A stretch of DNA of 64,000 bases, taken from contig CAWCRS010000003.1 in the NCBI GenBank assembly GCA_963798085.1, forward strand, positions 736,001 through 800,000, read 5' to 3'. The position numbers were made by a program, and so were the translations under genes. This document shows, piece by piece, positions 48,028 to 58,385 of this stretch. Within the stretch, counting starts at the first letter, position 1, and every line of letters starts with the position of its first letter. Source of the stretch: an uncultured Gemmatimonadales bacterium (GTDB lineage Bacteria; Gemmatimonadota; Gemmatimonadetes; Longimicrobiales; RSA9). The notes below the pieces were generated by a model. It did not search any database. It was not told the origin of the DNA and worked only from the letters and a program-made list of their open reading frames with translations.

Positions 48028-48825
48028 TCAGCCGCTGCCGATGGGAAACAAGCGGCCGAGATTGCAGACCAGGCCTGCATACACGGCGTTAGCCTGCGGT
48101 CCGCGGATGCGGCGGATGACGCCCGCGTCGATGACCAGTCGGGTCTGCACGGCGATCGTCGGCCCGGCCAGCAGGGCCACGGTCGGACTGTTCCCCGCGC
48201 GACCCAGCGTGCCCGGCATGCCGAATACCTCGGCCGCCAGCCCCAGCGCACGGCGCACCGGCGCGCCCGCGGACACCGTCCACAGCGTGGCGTTGCGGGG
48301 CGCATCCTGGCCGTTCCCCGAACGACGCGTGTACCCGAGGTTCACGTCGAGGCCGATGGCACCCAGCTGGTGGCTCGATATCAGCAACAGGGAAAAGTCA
48401 GTCGTGCCCGTACCGCGCGGCCCCGTGCCCAGGGGCAGCTTTACGCCCGGCAGCACCGCGAATCCGCCCAGCAGCGGCGCGTTGTCGGTAAGGCGGTACT
48501 TGAGGAGCAACGCGAAGTCAGTCACTCCCGCGTTCGCACCGGGCGGCTTGATCAGCCCGGCCTGCAGCCCGAGTTGAAGCCGTCGAGCCACACCGATCTT
48601 GAGCAGCGACGGCGTGCTGAACGCGCGTCCACCGTCCGGGTTCCGATCCCATTCGATGCCCGTTTCCAGCTCGAACCAACCCGGCGCAACCGTCCAGGCA
48701 TGGGTCGCCACCGTGGGTCGCTCGGGTAACACCGCGTAAGGATCGCGTTGTGCCGCCAGCGGTGCTGCCGCCAGCACCAGCGCCAGGCAAATGGCACCGC
48801 TCCCGGACGCAGGCCGTGTGCGCAC
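48028..48825 (-). CDS. Putative outer-membrane beta-barrel 'transporter' family protein
   Basis: Signal peptide ending AAQ; PERP...A.TVAPG.FELETG N-terminal motif; amphipathic beta-strands. Start uncertain. Confidence 0.7.
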   Translation of the reverse strand: MRTRPASGSGAICLALVLAAAPLAAQRDPYAVLPERPTVATHAWTVAPGWFELETGIEWDRNPDGGRAFSTPSLLKIGVARRLQLGLQAGLIKPPGANAGVTDFALLLKYRLTDNAPLLGGFAVLPGVKLPLGTGPRGTGTTDFSLLLISSHQLGAIGLDVNLGYTRRSGNGQDAPRNATLWTVSAGAPVRRALGLAAEVFGMPGTLGRAGNSPTVALLAGPTIAVQTRLVIDAGVIRRIRGPQANAVYAGLVCNLGRLFPIGSG

Positions 48826-49104
48826 GCCTGCCCCGGCAACAACTCCAGTCGTGACTCGCAACTCGACTCCCTGCCCGGTCGCTTGTCCGTGTCGCTGCCC
48901 GGGCCAACGTAGAGGAACCGCACGCCGAGCGACAAGCACTGCCCTGCGGCGGCGCCCGGCCGGCCGGCCCGGCTTCCCTGCGGCGCCAGCCGCGACCGGC
49001 CGCACGTCGGTTTCGTACAAGCCGGCAGCCGCGATCCGGGTTATCCTGCACGTGAACAGGAGAAACCGGCCTCGCCGCCGGCTGACGCAACACGGAGGAG
49101 AGCC

Positions 49105-49488
49105 ATGACTAACTCACTGTCAGAGAGGCATACGCGATCGCGGGCCGCGCGCCGGCCACGCTCGCGACCGCGCAAGGCCATCGATGCCATGTCGGCCGCG
49201 CGGCTCGAGCACATCCCCAACATCGGCCCCTCCCTGGCCGCCGACCTGCGCCGCCTCAATGTGCGCGAGCCCGACCAGCTGCGCGGCCGCGATCCATGGC
49301 AGCTGTACGAAGCACTGTGTCAGGCGACCGGCGCGCGTCAGGATCCCTGCGTTCTGGATGCCTTCATTTCCGCCGTGCGCTTCATGGAGGGTGAGCCGGC
49401 CCGCCCGTGGTGGCACTACACCGAAGAGCGGAAGCGCGTCATGCGCCAGCGGGCCCGGCGGCGGCCAGGACCGGAACGCGTCGTGTGA
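49105..49488 (+). CDS. Helix-hairpin-helix protein (Cdd1/'pathogenicity locus', mitomycin-resistance-like)
   Basis: IPNIGP..AADL, GRDP..LYE.LC..TG.RQDPCVLD.F and PWW motifs. Confidence 0.85.
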   Translation: MTNSLSERHTRSRAARRPRSRPRKAIDAMSAARLEHIPNIGPSLAADLRRLNVREPDQLRGRDPWQLYEALCQATGARQDPCVLDAFISAVRFMEGEPARPWWHYTEERKRVMRQRARRRPGPERVV

Positions 49489-49527
49489 AATCCGCGGCCG
49501 CCCGGCAGTGTGCTGACCGCGTGTTAG

Positions 49528-52275
49528 TCAGCTCGAGCGGATGGCGCGCGCTGGATCGATGCCCGCCGCCCGCCTGGCGGCCCAGGCACTGGCACCGGCG
49601 GACAGAGCCACGAATCCCGCGGTCGCGGTGAGCACTGTCAGCGGATCACGCGCGCTCACGCCATAGAGCAGGCTGGCCAGAAAACGTGAGAGCGCGAGCG
49701 CCGTGAGCAACCCGCCCGCTGCCCCGATCGCAACCGTCTGCAGGGACTGGGCGACGACGCTCGTCACGACGTGACCGGCGCGCTCGCCCAGGGCGAGGCG
49801 GATGCCGATCTCGCGGGTGCGCCGGCTCACCGCCCACGCGACTGTGCCGTGAATACCCACCACGGTCACAGTCAGCGCCGCCAGCGCGAACAGTGTCACC
49901 AGACTGAGGAAGAAGCGGCGGCGCGCCAGCGTCGCGCGCAGACTGTCGCCCAGATTCGCAACCTGATCCACCGGCAGCACCGGGTCGATCGAGCGCACGC
50001 GTTCGCGCACCGCCGCGGCCAAAGCAGGAAGCGGCAGATCCGTGCGCAGCAGCAGCGTCACGTACGGAATCAGCCGGCCCCGCGTCGCGGGCAGGTAGTA
50101 CTCCATGTCATTGCCCAGCGGATCATCCAGGCCGATCTGCCGCGTGTCTGCCGCTACGCCCACCACGGTGCGCCAGCTCTCGGTGCTGCGCACGCGCATC
50201 CGCCGCCCGAGTGCGCCTCCCGAGGGCCACAGGCGCTTCGCCATGGTCTCGTTCACGATGATGACATTGCTGTCAGCAATGTCACCCGCACCGAAGGCGC
50301 GACCCGCGAGCAGACGGATACCCAGCACCGCGAAGTAGTCGGGCCCGACTTCATTGAAGGGAATGAACGTGCCCGCCTGTGCCAGCGCGCCCGGGCCCCT
50401 GTCGTCGGTCTCGATCGTGGCAGCCACGCCCATGGAAGCGAGCGGCGGCGCCAGTCGCGCCGTTGTCGCACTGCTCACGCCCGGCAGTGCGCGCAGCGCA
50501 TCGAGCGCGCTGCGCACGAAGCTCTCGATCGCTCCCGGCGTCCCGTAGCGCGTACGGGGCAGCTGCAGGGTCACCGACACGACGCGGTCTGCATCGTAAC
50601 CCGGATTCACGCGCTCGAGTCGCACGAAGCTGTTGAGCAGCAGCGCCGAACCGGTGACGAGTGTAAGGCCGAGCGCCACCTGCAGGGCGACCAGTGTCGC
50701 GGCCGCCGCGCGCGTGCTCCGATCCCCGCTCTGACCCCCGCCTGATCGCAGCACCCGCGTCGGATCGGTGCGCGCGGCAAACCACGCGGGCGATGCCGTG
50801 GCCAGCAGTCCGGCTACCAGCGCACAGGCGCCAGCGAACGCGAGCACGCGCAGGTCAATGGCCGGCGTCCGTCCCGATTCCAGCAGGCGCAGCTGCGCCG
50901 GCGCCGTGCGCACCATCACCTCGACCAGCCAGCGCGCCAGCAGCACACCCGGAATCGCGCCCGCAACGCCCAGCACGACGCCATCCGCGAGCCGCTCGCT
51001 CAACAGGCGCATGCGACCGGCGCCCAGAGCGGCCCGCACCGCGATGTCATTCCGGCCATCCGTCGCACGACGCAGCGCCAGAGCCGCGACGTTCGCGCAC
51101 GAGATGCCCAGCAGCAGCACCACCGCGCCGAGCAGTATGAGCAGACCGACGCGCGTCGGTGCGGGCGCCTCGTGCCACTCCATGGTTTCGATGGCGTAGC
51201 CCTGACCGCTTGCGAACACGCCTGTTCCGCGGAGCGACTGCGACAGGCCGTCGAGCCAGCGCTGCGCCGCCGCGAGCGTGACGCCGGGCCGCATGCGCGC
51301 CATGGCCCAGACTCCGCGCACACCCGCCGCAGCGAGCGGTTCCGCCAGCGGCAGCCATGCCTGCGTCTCGGCCGCGGGGATGGCGAACGTGGATGGCATC
51401 ACACCAATCACTTCGTAGGTCTGACCATCGAAGCGCAGGCGCCGGCCGACAATGTGTGGATCCCCGCCAAACCGCTGCCGCCAGGTGTGCTCCGCAATGA
51501 GGATCGCCGACGCATCCTCGCGCGCCGCGCTGCCACTCGCAAAGCTGCGGCCCAGTCGCGGTGTGCTGCCCAGCATGCTGAACAGACCCGGCGTGACCCT
51601 CGCCGTCTGCCACGTCTCCGGCACGTCGCCTTCGAGCAGGATCATGCTCTGCGACGAGCCGCCTTCCACCGCCTCGAACAGACCGCCAGCCGCGCGCAGC
51701 GCAACCGCCGCATCGGTCGTGAGACCGGGCACCCGATCCTCGCCGTTCTGCACACCCGTCCATAGCTCGACCAGCCGGTCCGCATTGCGGTAGGGCAGCC
51801 CGCGCACGATCAGCGCATCCACGACGGTCACGACGGCCGTGGTCATCCCCATGCCCACTGCGAGCACCACGATCGCCGCCGTCGCTTGTGCCGGGTGCCG
51901 CCCCAGCTGCCGGACTGCGTGTCGCAGGTCGCTTCCCGCGGCCAGCACGCCACGCCCCAATTTCTGTCCGCGTGCCCATCGCCTTTGCGAACCGACCCCA
52001 TCGCCGCCGCCGCCTGCTGACACCGCTGTAAGCGAGCTGGTACGCACGCGCGTTCCGCGACGCAACCGCCGGCTGCGCTCGAGGAACAGCTGCAACAGCC
52101 CGTCAGCCAGGGCGCGCATTGACAGCACCGTGAGCGAGCTGCCACCCGCGCGCGCGTCGCTCAGCCGCTCGGCCAGCACCGCCACCATCGCGGCACCGTA
52201 GCGCTCGCGGAACGCGCGCGGAAACGCCCGCAGCAGCACCCGGTACAGCCACAACGTCACTCGCTCGAGCATCAC
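49528..52275 (-). CDS. ADOP-family duplicated ABC permease (MacB/FtsX-like)
   Basis: FPRAFRERYG leader; DLRHAVRQL; two FtsX halves (CANVA...R.ALGAGR and RTREIGIRLALG); DPARAIR end. Confidence 0.93.
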   Translation of the reverse strand: MMLERVTLWLYRVLLRAFPRAFRERYGAAMVAVLAERLSDARAGGSSLTVLSMRALADGLLQLFLERSRRLRRGTRVRTSSLTAVSAGGGGDGVGSQRRWARGQKLGRGVLAAGSDLRHAVRQLGRHPAQATAAIVVLAVGMGMTTAVVTVVDALIVRGLPYRNADRLVELWTGVQNGEDRVPGLTTDAAVALRAAGGLFEAVEGGSSQSMILLEGDVPETWQTARVTPGLFSMLGSTPRLGRSFASGSAAREDASAILIAEHTWRQRFGGDPHIVGRRLRFDGQTYEVIGVMPSTFAIPAAETQAWLPLAEPLAAAGVRGVWAMARMRPGVTLAAAQRWLDGLSQSLRGTGVFASGQGYAIETMEWHEAPAPTRVGLLILLGAVVLLLGISCANVAALALRRATDGRNDIAVRAALGAGRMRLLSERLADGVVLGVAGAIPGVLLARWLVEVMVRTAPAQLRLLESGRTPAIDLRVLAFAGACALVAGLLATASPAWFAARTDPTRVLRSGGGQSGDRSTRAAAATLVALQVALGLTLVTGSALLLNSFVRLERVNPGYDADRVVSVTLQLPRTRYGTPGAIESFVRSALDALRALPGVSSATTARLAPPLASMGVAATIETDDRGPGALAQAGTFIPFNEVGPDYFAVLGIRLLAGRAFGAGDIADSNVIIVNETMAKRLWPSGGALGRRMRVRSTESWRTVVGVAADTRQIGLDDPLGNDMEYYLPATRGRLIPYVTLLLRTDLPLPALAAAVRERVRSIDPVLPVDQVANLGDSLRATLARRRFFLSLVTLFALAALTVTVVGIHGTVAWAVSRRTREIGIRLALGERAGHVVTSVVAQSLQTVAIGAAGGLLTALALSRFLASLLYGVSARDPLTVLTATAGFVALSAGASAWAARRAAGIDPARAIRSS

Positions 52276-52449
52276 CGCGTCCTTCCTCCCGCTGCCGTCA
52301 CGTTCGCTCCCGGTTCGGTCGGTCCTTCACGGCCGCGCCGTTCTCGACTCCCTGCCAGCACGCTCGCCGCGGCGCGTGCCGCGCTTCACCCGCTCGCCGC
52401 TGCGCGTGTCCACCGGCCCGTGCGCTCGCTACGCGTCCACGGCCCGCGC

Positions 52450-52542
52450 GCGCTGAGCCCTCCACCGGGCGAGCTGACCACGAGCGCTGAACCCTCCACG
52501 GGGCGGGCTGACCACGAGCGCTGAACCCTCCACGGGGCGGGC
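52450..52542. repeat. 34-bp tandem repeat (~2.7 copies)
   Basis: GCGCTGA(G/A)CCCTCCAC(C/G)GGGCG(A/G)GCTGACCACGA at 52450, 52484 and 52518. Confidence 0.9.
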
Positions 52543-52729
52543 GCCACGGTGCAGTTCGCCTCACCATCTGTCGCGCCGCGTGCTCGGCATGTTCGTGCAA
52601 GGTCGCGGCGTTCGGACCGTAGTGTCAGATGGATACTATCAAGTTGACAGGATCGCAACCACCCGCGTCAGGCGCAGTGGCGAAAGTCTCCCTCGAGGGA
52701 TGCTTGCGGGCTCTCGTGGGACCGGCGTA

Positions 52730-53330
52730 TCGGACCGTCTTGGCGTTCTTGGGTTGTGGCTGGCTCGAGCATGCCGCCGACCCGCGCGCCTATCGATTGA
52801 CCACTTCCCATGCGGCTCGGGGTCGCGACCATGGCTTGAACGGCCGGAAAGAAAGATTGCCAACACGGTCCGACAAATCTGGGTGGAACAGCGCCAGGAC
52901 GGTCCGACAAGTCTGGGTGAGGACAGCCACGACGGTCCGACAAGTCTGCGTGAGGACAGCCCCAGGACGGTCCGACAACCTCGGCGCATAGCTCGTCAGC
53001 ACAGTACGAACAACGCGCCAGGGCCGGCCCGACAAAACCGTCCGGAACGAGCGCCATGACGGACTGCTGCGTCATATCGTGTCGGACCGTCTTGGCGTTC
53101 TTGGGTTGTGGCCGGCGCAAGCATGCCGCCGACCCGCGCGCCTATCGATTGACCACTTCCCATGCGGCTCGGAGTCGCGACCATGGCTTGAACGGCCGGA
53201 AGGAAAGATTGCCAACACGGTCCGACAAACCTGGGCGGAAGATTGCCAGACGGTCGACAAACCTGGGTGGAAAGATGGCCACGACGGTCCGACAATCTGG
53301 AGATTTCGCCAGCACAGTCCGAACACCGCG
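52730..53330. repeat. Two ~159-bp direct copies (52730-52888, 53082-53240), each followed by ~34-bp ACGGTCCGACAA tandem units
   Basis: Near-identical copies bounded by the inverted ends TCGGACCGTCTTGGC and GCCAACACGGTCCGA. Confidence 0.92.
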
Positions 53331-53348
53331 AACAGGCGGTCCCTGCAA

Positions 53349-54746
53349 TCACGCTCTCAATGCGTTGCGCAGGCGGCGCAGGCGGACCATGTCGCGGATG
53401 CCGAGAGCGGGGCCCGCCGCCAGCAGTGCGAAGGCTGGGCCCCAGCCGAAGTGCGATCGCACCGTCAGCATCAGCCAGATCGAAAGCGCGGTCAGCAGGA
53501 ATCCGAGTGATGTCTGCAGTGTCAACGCTGTGCCCACGGCGTGTTGCGGCGCCAGCTCCGTGACGAGCGCGGAGAATTGCGCGGAATCCGCGACGACGGC
53601 GAAACCCCACACGAGTGCGAGTCCCACCACCAGCCACGCAGGCGCGGTGAGCAGCCAGCCAATGACGAGTGCGCACGCGCCGCTCACGACGAGTGCCGCG
53701 ATGGTCACGTTCTCGCGACCCAGCCGGTCGGCCCATTGTCCGGCCAGCACGGAGCCCACGCCGCCGATCGCGATGCCGCCGAACGCGGTGAGCGCGGCGA
53801 GCACGTGCGCGGCGGCGGGATCGGCGGCGCGTGACGCGTAGAAATCGCCGAAGAACAGACTGAGCGCGGCCCACATCGCATACAGCTCCCACATGTGACC
53901 GAGGTAGCCGCCAATGGCGAGGCGCGTACCACGGTCGCGCAGCACTGTGCCCACGAGACCCCATGAGAAGGGTCGTCGCGGAAACGGCACGGGGCCATCG
54001 CTGTACCGCAGTGCCACGAGTACTGCTGCCACCAGCGCGCCGGCGGTCGAGGACAGGATGACGATGCGGAAGTGCACCGACGCGAGCGCGTTGACCAGGT
54101 ACGGCATGGCTTTGCCCACCGTGAGCGCGCCGACGATCGTGCCAATGGCCAGGCCCCTGCCGCCCTTGAACAACATCGCGGTCGCGTGGGCAGCCGCGTC
54201 GGCACGCGCACGTGCTGCCCGGCCGCTCGCGGTGGCGTCGTCCTGCGCATCATGCGCATGCGTCGAGCCGCCGCTGCCGGCGTCACCGTTTGCAGGCGAC
54301 GCTTCCCGTCTCGCGACCGGCGTTCTTCCGGCGCTGCCGCTGCCGCCGCGAAACCAGGTCGAGATCATCTTCATGGCGGGAGGATAGACGCCTGCGAGGA
54401 AGAAGCCGGTGAGAAAGCGCAGGCCCAGCGCCGTCCCCCAGCCCGGCGCGACCAGCAAGGCCGCGTTGACCAGTGCAGCTGCCAGCGCGGCGGTGGCGAA
54501 GAACCCCCGCGATGGAAGCACATCGGCAAGGTTGAGCAGTGCTGCGGTTGCGGTTCCCGCGACGAACCCCAGCTGCACGATCGTCGTGAGCCAGCCGGCC
54601 TGGCTCGAGTCGAGTCCCCAGAGTCGCTGCAGCTGTGGAGCCACGGCGCTCGCCGTGAACCAGAGTGACATGCCCAGCAGCTCTGCGATCGCCAGCAGCG
54701 CCAGCATGCTCCACGGAGAGGACGCACTTCGATTCCCGGTGGACAC
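53349..54746 (-). CDS. MFS transporter
   Basis: LGMSLWF, VQLGFVAG, LAGVYPPAMK, GYLGHMWELYAMW, ADR.GR and DSAQFSA motifs. Start approximate. Confidence 0.92.
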   Translation of the reverse strand: MSTGNRSASSPWSMLALLAIAELLGMSLWFTASAVAPQLQRLWGLDSSQAGWLTTIVQLGFVAGTATAALLNLADVLPSRGFFATAALAAALVNAALLVAPGWGTALGLRFLTGFFLAGVYPPAMKMISTWFRGGSGSAGRTPVARREASPANGDAGSGGSTHAHDAQDDATASGRAARARADAAAHATAMLFKGGRGLAIGTIVGALTVGKAMPYLVNALASVHFRIVILSSTAGALVAAVLVALRYSDGPVPFPRRPFSWGLVGTVLRDRGTRLAIGGYLGHMWELYAMWAALSLFFGDFYASRAADPAAAHVLAALTAFGGIAIGGVGSVLAGQWADRLGRENVTIAALVVSGACALVIGWLLTAPAWLVVGLALVWGFAVVADSAQFSALVTELAPQHAVGTALTLQTSLGFLLTALSIWLMLTVRSHFGWGPAFALLAAGPALGIRDMVRLRRLRNALRA

Positions 54747-54897
54747 TTGTTTCTGCCCGCTGTTGCCCGCCTGTGCCTGATGTCCGAGAGCCAATTGCGT
54801 TGCCTCCAACGATTTCCGGCCGCACGCACAGTTTGGAACGAAGGTTGCTTTGGAATGGTAGCGAGTTGCGGGACGGGAGGCACGAAGGGAGGCAAGG

Positions 54898-55182
54898 ATG
54901 CGAGAAAAAAACGGCAAAGAACAGAGTGCGTACACGACGGCCGAAGGGCTGTCGCTGACGCTCGGCTATCTGGAAGATCCGTCCAACGTCGAGTGCCCGA
55001 GCTGCGGTTACGACAGCATCGAGGTGGTTGGCTACGTGGACGCTGACAGCCTGGACGGGGGAGATCCGCGCACCGTTTCGCCGGATGAGGAGTACGCCGT
55101 CATTCTCTTCTGCCACAGCTGCAAGCGCGCCGCTGCGCTGCACCTTTCGTATCGCGCACGGTCGGATCGCGAAGCCGCCTGA
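54898..55182 (+). CDS. Small zinc-ribbon hypothetical protein
   Basis: GGGAGG RBS; CPSC and CHSC pairs; terminator follows. Confidence 0.75.
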   Translation: MREKNGKEQSAYTTAEGLSLTLGYLEDPSNVECPSCGYDSIEVVGYVDADSLDGGDPRTVSPDEEYAVILFCHSCKRAAALHLSYRARSDREAA

Positions 55183-55204
55183 TCCACCCAAACGGATCGT
55201 TAGT

Positions 55205-55243
55205 GGGGTGCCCGCGCCATTCGCGGCGTGCACCCCGTTTTTC
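55205..55243 (+). terminator. Rho-independent terminator
   Basis: GGGGTGC...GCACCCC hairpin followed by GTTTTTCTT. Confidence 0.7.
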
Positions 55244-55297
55244 TTGCCGCACTGACTCGGCGCTGCCGCCCCCTGCGCCACGGCCGGTCAGCGCAAC

Positions 55298-55696
55298 TCA
55301 TTGCCCGCGCAGCAGATCCTCCACCGTCGTACGCTGGAAGAACGAAGTAACGGACGCCGCCACATCCTTCCACGCATGATGCGCCACGCACGGCTCCCTG
55401 CCGCATGACTGCCGCCGCAGCAGACACTGCTGCTGCGAGCCCACTGCGTCGAACGGCGCCACCACCTGACTGAGCGTTAGATCCCTCGCCGGCGTGCGCA
55501 GGCGGAACCCGCCACCCGCGCCTCTCGCGGATTCCAGCACACCCGCATGCGCCAGCGCGTTCAGCACCCGCGCGAGGTAGCGCTCCGGTACCGCAAGCTC
55601 CTGCGCAATGTGCACGGCCTGCGCGCGTTCTCCCTCCGCCCTGGCCGCCATGTTGAGTACTGCGCGCAACGCATACTCGGCCGAGCGCGACAGCAC
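55298..55696 (-). CDS. Rrf2-family transcriptional regulator (Fe-S type)
   Basis: (M)LSRSAEYALRA and S.RGAGGGF motifs; C-terminal C-x6-C-x4-C-x2-H ligand set. Confidence 0.92.
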   Translation of the reverse strand: MLSRSAEYALRAVLNMAARAEGERAQAVHIAQELAVPERYLARVLNALAHAGVLESARGAGGGFRLRTPARDLTLSQVVAPFDAVGSQQQCLLRRQSCGREPCVAHHAWKDVAASVTSFFQRTTVEDLLRGQ

Positions 55697-55867
55697 GTGC
55701 CACAGGGCCTCGCCTGCAACGGATATCTCTGCGCCGCTTTCTGCCTGATACATGCTGCCTCGCATTCTGCCATCGGCATCTCAATGTGCGAAGCGGGAGG
55801 GGCATCCTGCCCGCTCCCGCCCGCGACGGACTGTGCGGCCAGCATCGGCCACCTGCCGCACCGCTCC

Positions 55868-56875
55868 TCAGTGCGTCACGCCGGCCAGTACGGGACGGCC
55901 CACCTGGATCAGCCCGGCCGCGCCCTTGTCCGCGTCTGCGAACGCGTGTGTTACGAACGCGTACACACCCTCGCCGCTGCCGTCTTCGTTGAAAACCGTC
56001 TCGAACACCGCGCCGCCGCCCGCGGGCACCGACCACGTCTGCACACTCTGCAGCGCGTTCGCTGGACTGCCGTCCACATACACATGGTTGAAAATGGTGC
56101 CCACAATGTGAAAATCACTTGTCAGGCTGGGGCCCGCGTTCACCACGAAGAAGCGCACGCGGTCGCCGACATTCACCTTGAGTGGATGTGCCTTGTACTG
56201 GAATGCGCGACCATTGAATACAATGTAGCTCGGCTGCTTCAGCTCCGCCGCGTTCCAGTCCGGTCCTTTCATGCCATCGGGCTGGTCTTTCGTGTAGAAC
56301 TCACTCTGCACGAGCACGAATTCCTTGTCGGCTCTTCGACCCCAGCCACCGCGCGGATCCACAATGATGGGCAGGTACATGCCCTGCATGATGTGCATCA
56401 GCACCGGCGGCGTGCCGCAGTGCACGAGGAACGCACCCGGATCGCGCGCCGTGAATTCGAACGACGCCTCCTGATTCGGCCCGATCGTGCGGAACGCATC
56501 GTTCATGGGGATCCTGGCCGCGTGAAAGTCGATCGAGTGCGGCATGTTCGACCTGTTCACGAGCGTGATGCGCACCAGGTCGCCCTCATTGACGCGGATC
56601 ACCGGGCCCGGCACGGTGCCGCCGAACGTCCAGCCCTCGTACCTCACGCCATCCGCGATATCGATTACCTCGTGCGTGATGGGGATGCGGAATTCCTTGA
56701 TCGGCGCATCCGACGGCGGCTGCAGCTCCGCTTGATACGCGGGCTGCACTGGCGTCTTCACCACACTGAAGTCCGTCACCTCGACCCGCGGCGGCCGGCG
56801 TGCGGCGCCCAGCAGCAGCACGACCAGGCCCGTCGCTCCCAGCAGCGCCGCGCCACCGAGGACTCTCGTCCGCAT
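55868..56875 (-). CDS. nirK: Copper-containing nitrite reductase
   Basis: HSIDFHAA, HCGTPPVLMHIMQGM, SDFHIVG and YAFVTH: type-1 and type-2 Cu ligands; N-terminal export signal. Confidence 0.85.
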   Translation of the reverse strand: MRTRVLGGAALLGATGLVVLLLGAARRPPRVEVTDFSVVKTPVQPAYQAELQPPSDAPIKEFRIPITHEVIDIADGVRYEGWTFGGTVPGPVIRVNEGDLVRITLVNRSNMPHSIDFHAARIPMNDAFRTIGPNQEASFEFTARDPGAFLVHCGTPPVLMHIMQGMYLPIIVDPRGGWGRRADKEFVLVQSEFYTKDQPDGMKGPDWNAAELKQPSYIVFNGRAFQYKAHPLKVNVGDRVRFFVVNAGPSLTSDFHIVGTIFNHVYVDGSPANALQSVQTWSVPAGGGAVFETVFNEDGSGEGVYAFVTHAFADADKGAAGLIQVGRPVLAGVTH

Positions 56876-57086
56876 TGCGTGATCTCCAGTCAGAATCGAT
56901 TTCATATATCAAGGTAGGAATTACGGCGTCGCCTGAATGTCCGGACTTGCCGGAAATTCGTGTGCGGCTGCCGGTGTTGTGCAGTCAGGATGGTCCCGCG
57001 CGCGAAACGCCCGGGCGAGGGGATTTGTCCTACGCGTGCGTCGGCCGGAAGCGTTCACGAAAAAGTGTCCCGCTCGCGGACCTCCT

Positions 57087-58385
57087 TCAGAAACGCAGGA
57101 ACGACCCGTTGAAGGCGTCGTTGAAGCGCGGGTTCACTACGGTGCTGAAAATGGAGCCGAAGCGGTATGACAGGCCGAAGCTCATGTAGTAGCTGTAATT
57201 CGTGCGCAGCAGCCGCTGGCGCAGCAGGATCTCGTCGTGGGTTGCAGCACCGGCTTCGACCGCGAGCTGGTCGCGTACACGGCCGTAGTCGCCGAACAGG
57301 TTGAGCGAGAGCCCCTTGAACAGCCGTACGTCAGCGCCGGCGGATGCGCTCCAGCTGTATTTCGACAGGTCGTGCAGGAACTCATTGCTGCTGAGCCCGA
57401 GACTGACCGAGCCCCAGGCTTCGCGCGTGCTGTAGTTGATCCCGAGCGTCTGCGCGGGTCGCGTCTCGCGCAGCTCGTCGAAGATGGTGCGCTCCGCATA
57501 GCGATAGGTGTTGAACCCCACCGTGTAAAGCACGGTCAGGCTGCGACGGGTCGACAGATTGTAGGGAAAGAAATCGTACTCCAGTGCCGGCGCGACACGC
57601 AGCGCAAACTTCACGTTGCTGAACGTGCTCGATTGGAGACTCGCCTCAACACCTGCGCTGAGCTGCCTGGCCACGCTGCCGGCAATCAGTGCCGAGCCCG
57701 AATAGGCCCGCTGAAACGACTTGACCGTGGTGACACTGTCGACATCGAACGTGCTCGCGCTGTAGTCTGCGTCGCCGTTCAGCCGGACTTTCCACCTGTC
57801 CGTCGTGCGGTTCGCGCTCAACCGTAACCCGTAGTTAGAAAAGCGCTGCTGGCTTTCGCCGTTCAGGTACCCGTTGCCGCTGATCTGGAACACCCGGTTG
57901 TTCCAGGGATCACGCGTGCGCGGAACCTGGCCCCCGTTCGTGTTTCCCGCCTCCTCCGCCATGCTGATGCGCAGACGTCGCGACTCGGGCCGGCCGGCCA
58001 GGTAGCGCACCAGGCCCATCCTGATGCGATCGACCAGCGCGGCGCGCGTCCGTTCCGACGTATCATCAGGCGACGCGATGTACTTCAGCGTGTCCGACTT
58101 CGCCTCGTAATCACCGCGCCCCATGAAGAACAGCGTGTACTCGGCGCCGCCAGCGCCGGTGCTCTGCCAGGTCACGAGGATGTGCAGATCCGCGACCTGC
58201 CGATCCAGCACGTAGTCCACCCACTTGATCTCCGTGCGGATGTAGTCGCCCTCGCAGTATGGGCAGTCGAGGTAGACGCGCAGCCGGGGCGCGCCCGGGG
58301 CGGGTTGTTGCGCCAGTGCGCGGGAGGTCCCGAGAAACGCCGGGGCCAGGCAACAAGCGCGCAGGACGGGGGCTCACCGCTTCAT
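57087..58385 (-). CDS. Hypothetical outer-membrane beta-barrel protein (in-frame TGA at codon 4)
   Basis: ATG AAG CGG TGA, then a signal-like segment and LRVYLDCPYC...DYV.DR..AD; beta-strand pattern; YRFGSIF..VVNPRF end. Confidence 0.7.

Noticed and set aside
52865..53330. CRISPR array from regularly spaced ACGGTCCGACAA
   Set aside because: The conserved core is only ~12 nt, the period is ~34 nt, the intervening sequences resemble each other, and no cas genes are present.
56895..56915. FNR/DNR box upstream of nirK
   Set aside because: Only one half-site (ATCAA). The partner TTGAT at 4-nt spacing is missing.
58374..58376. Selenocysteine recoding of the TGA
   Set aside because: It falls in a signal-peptide n-region, not a catalytic position, and I see no convincing SECIS.
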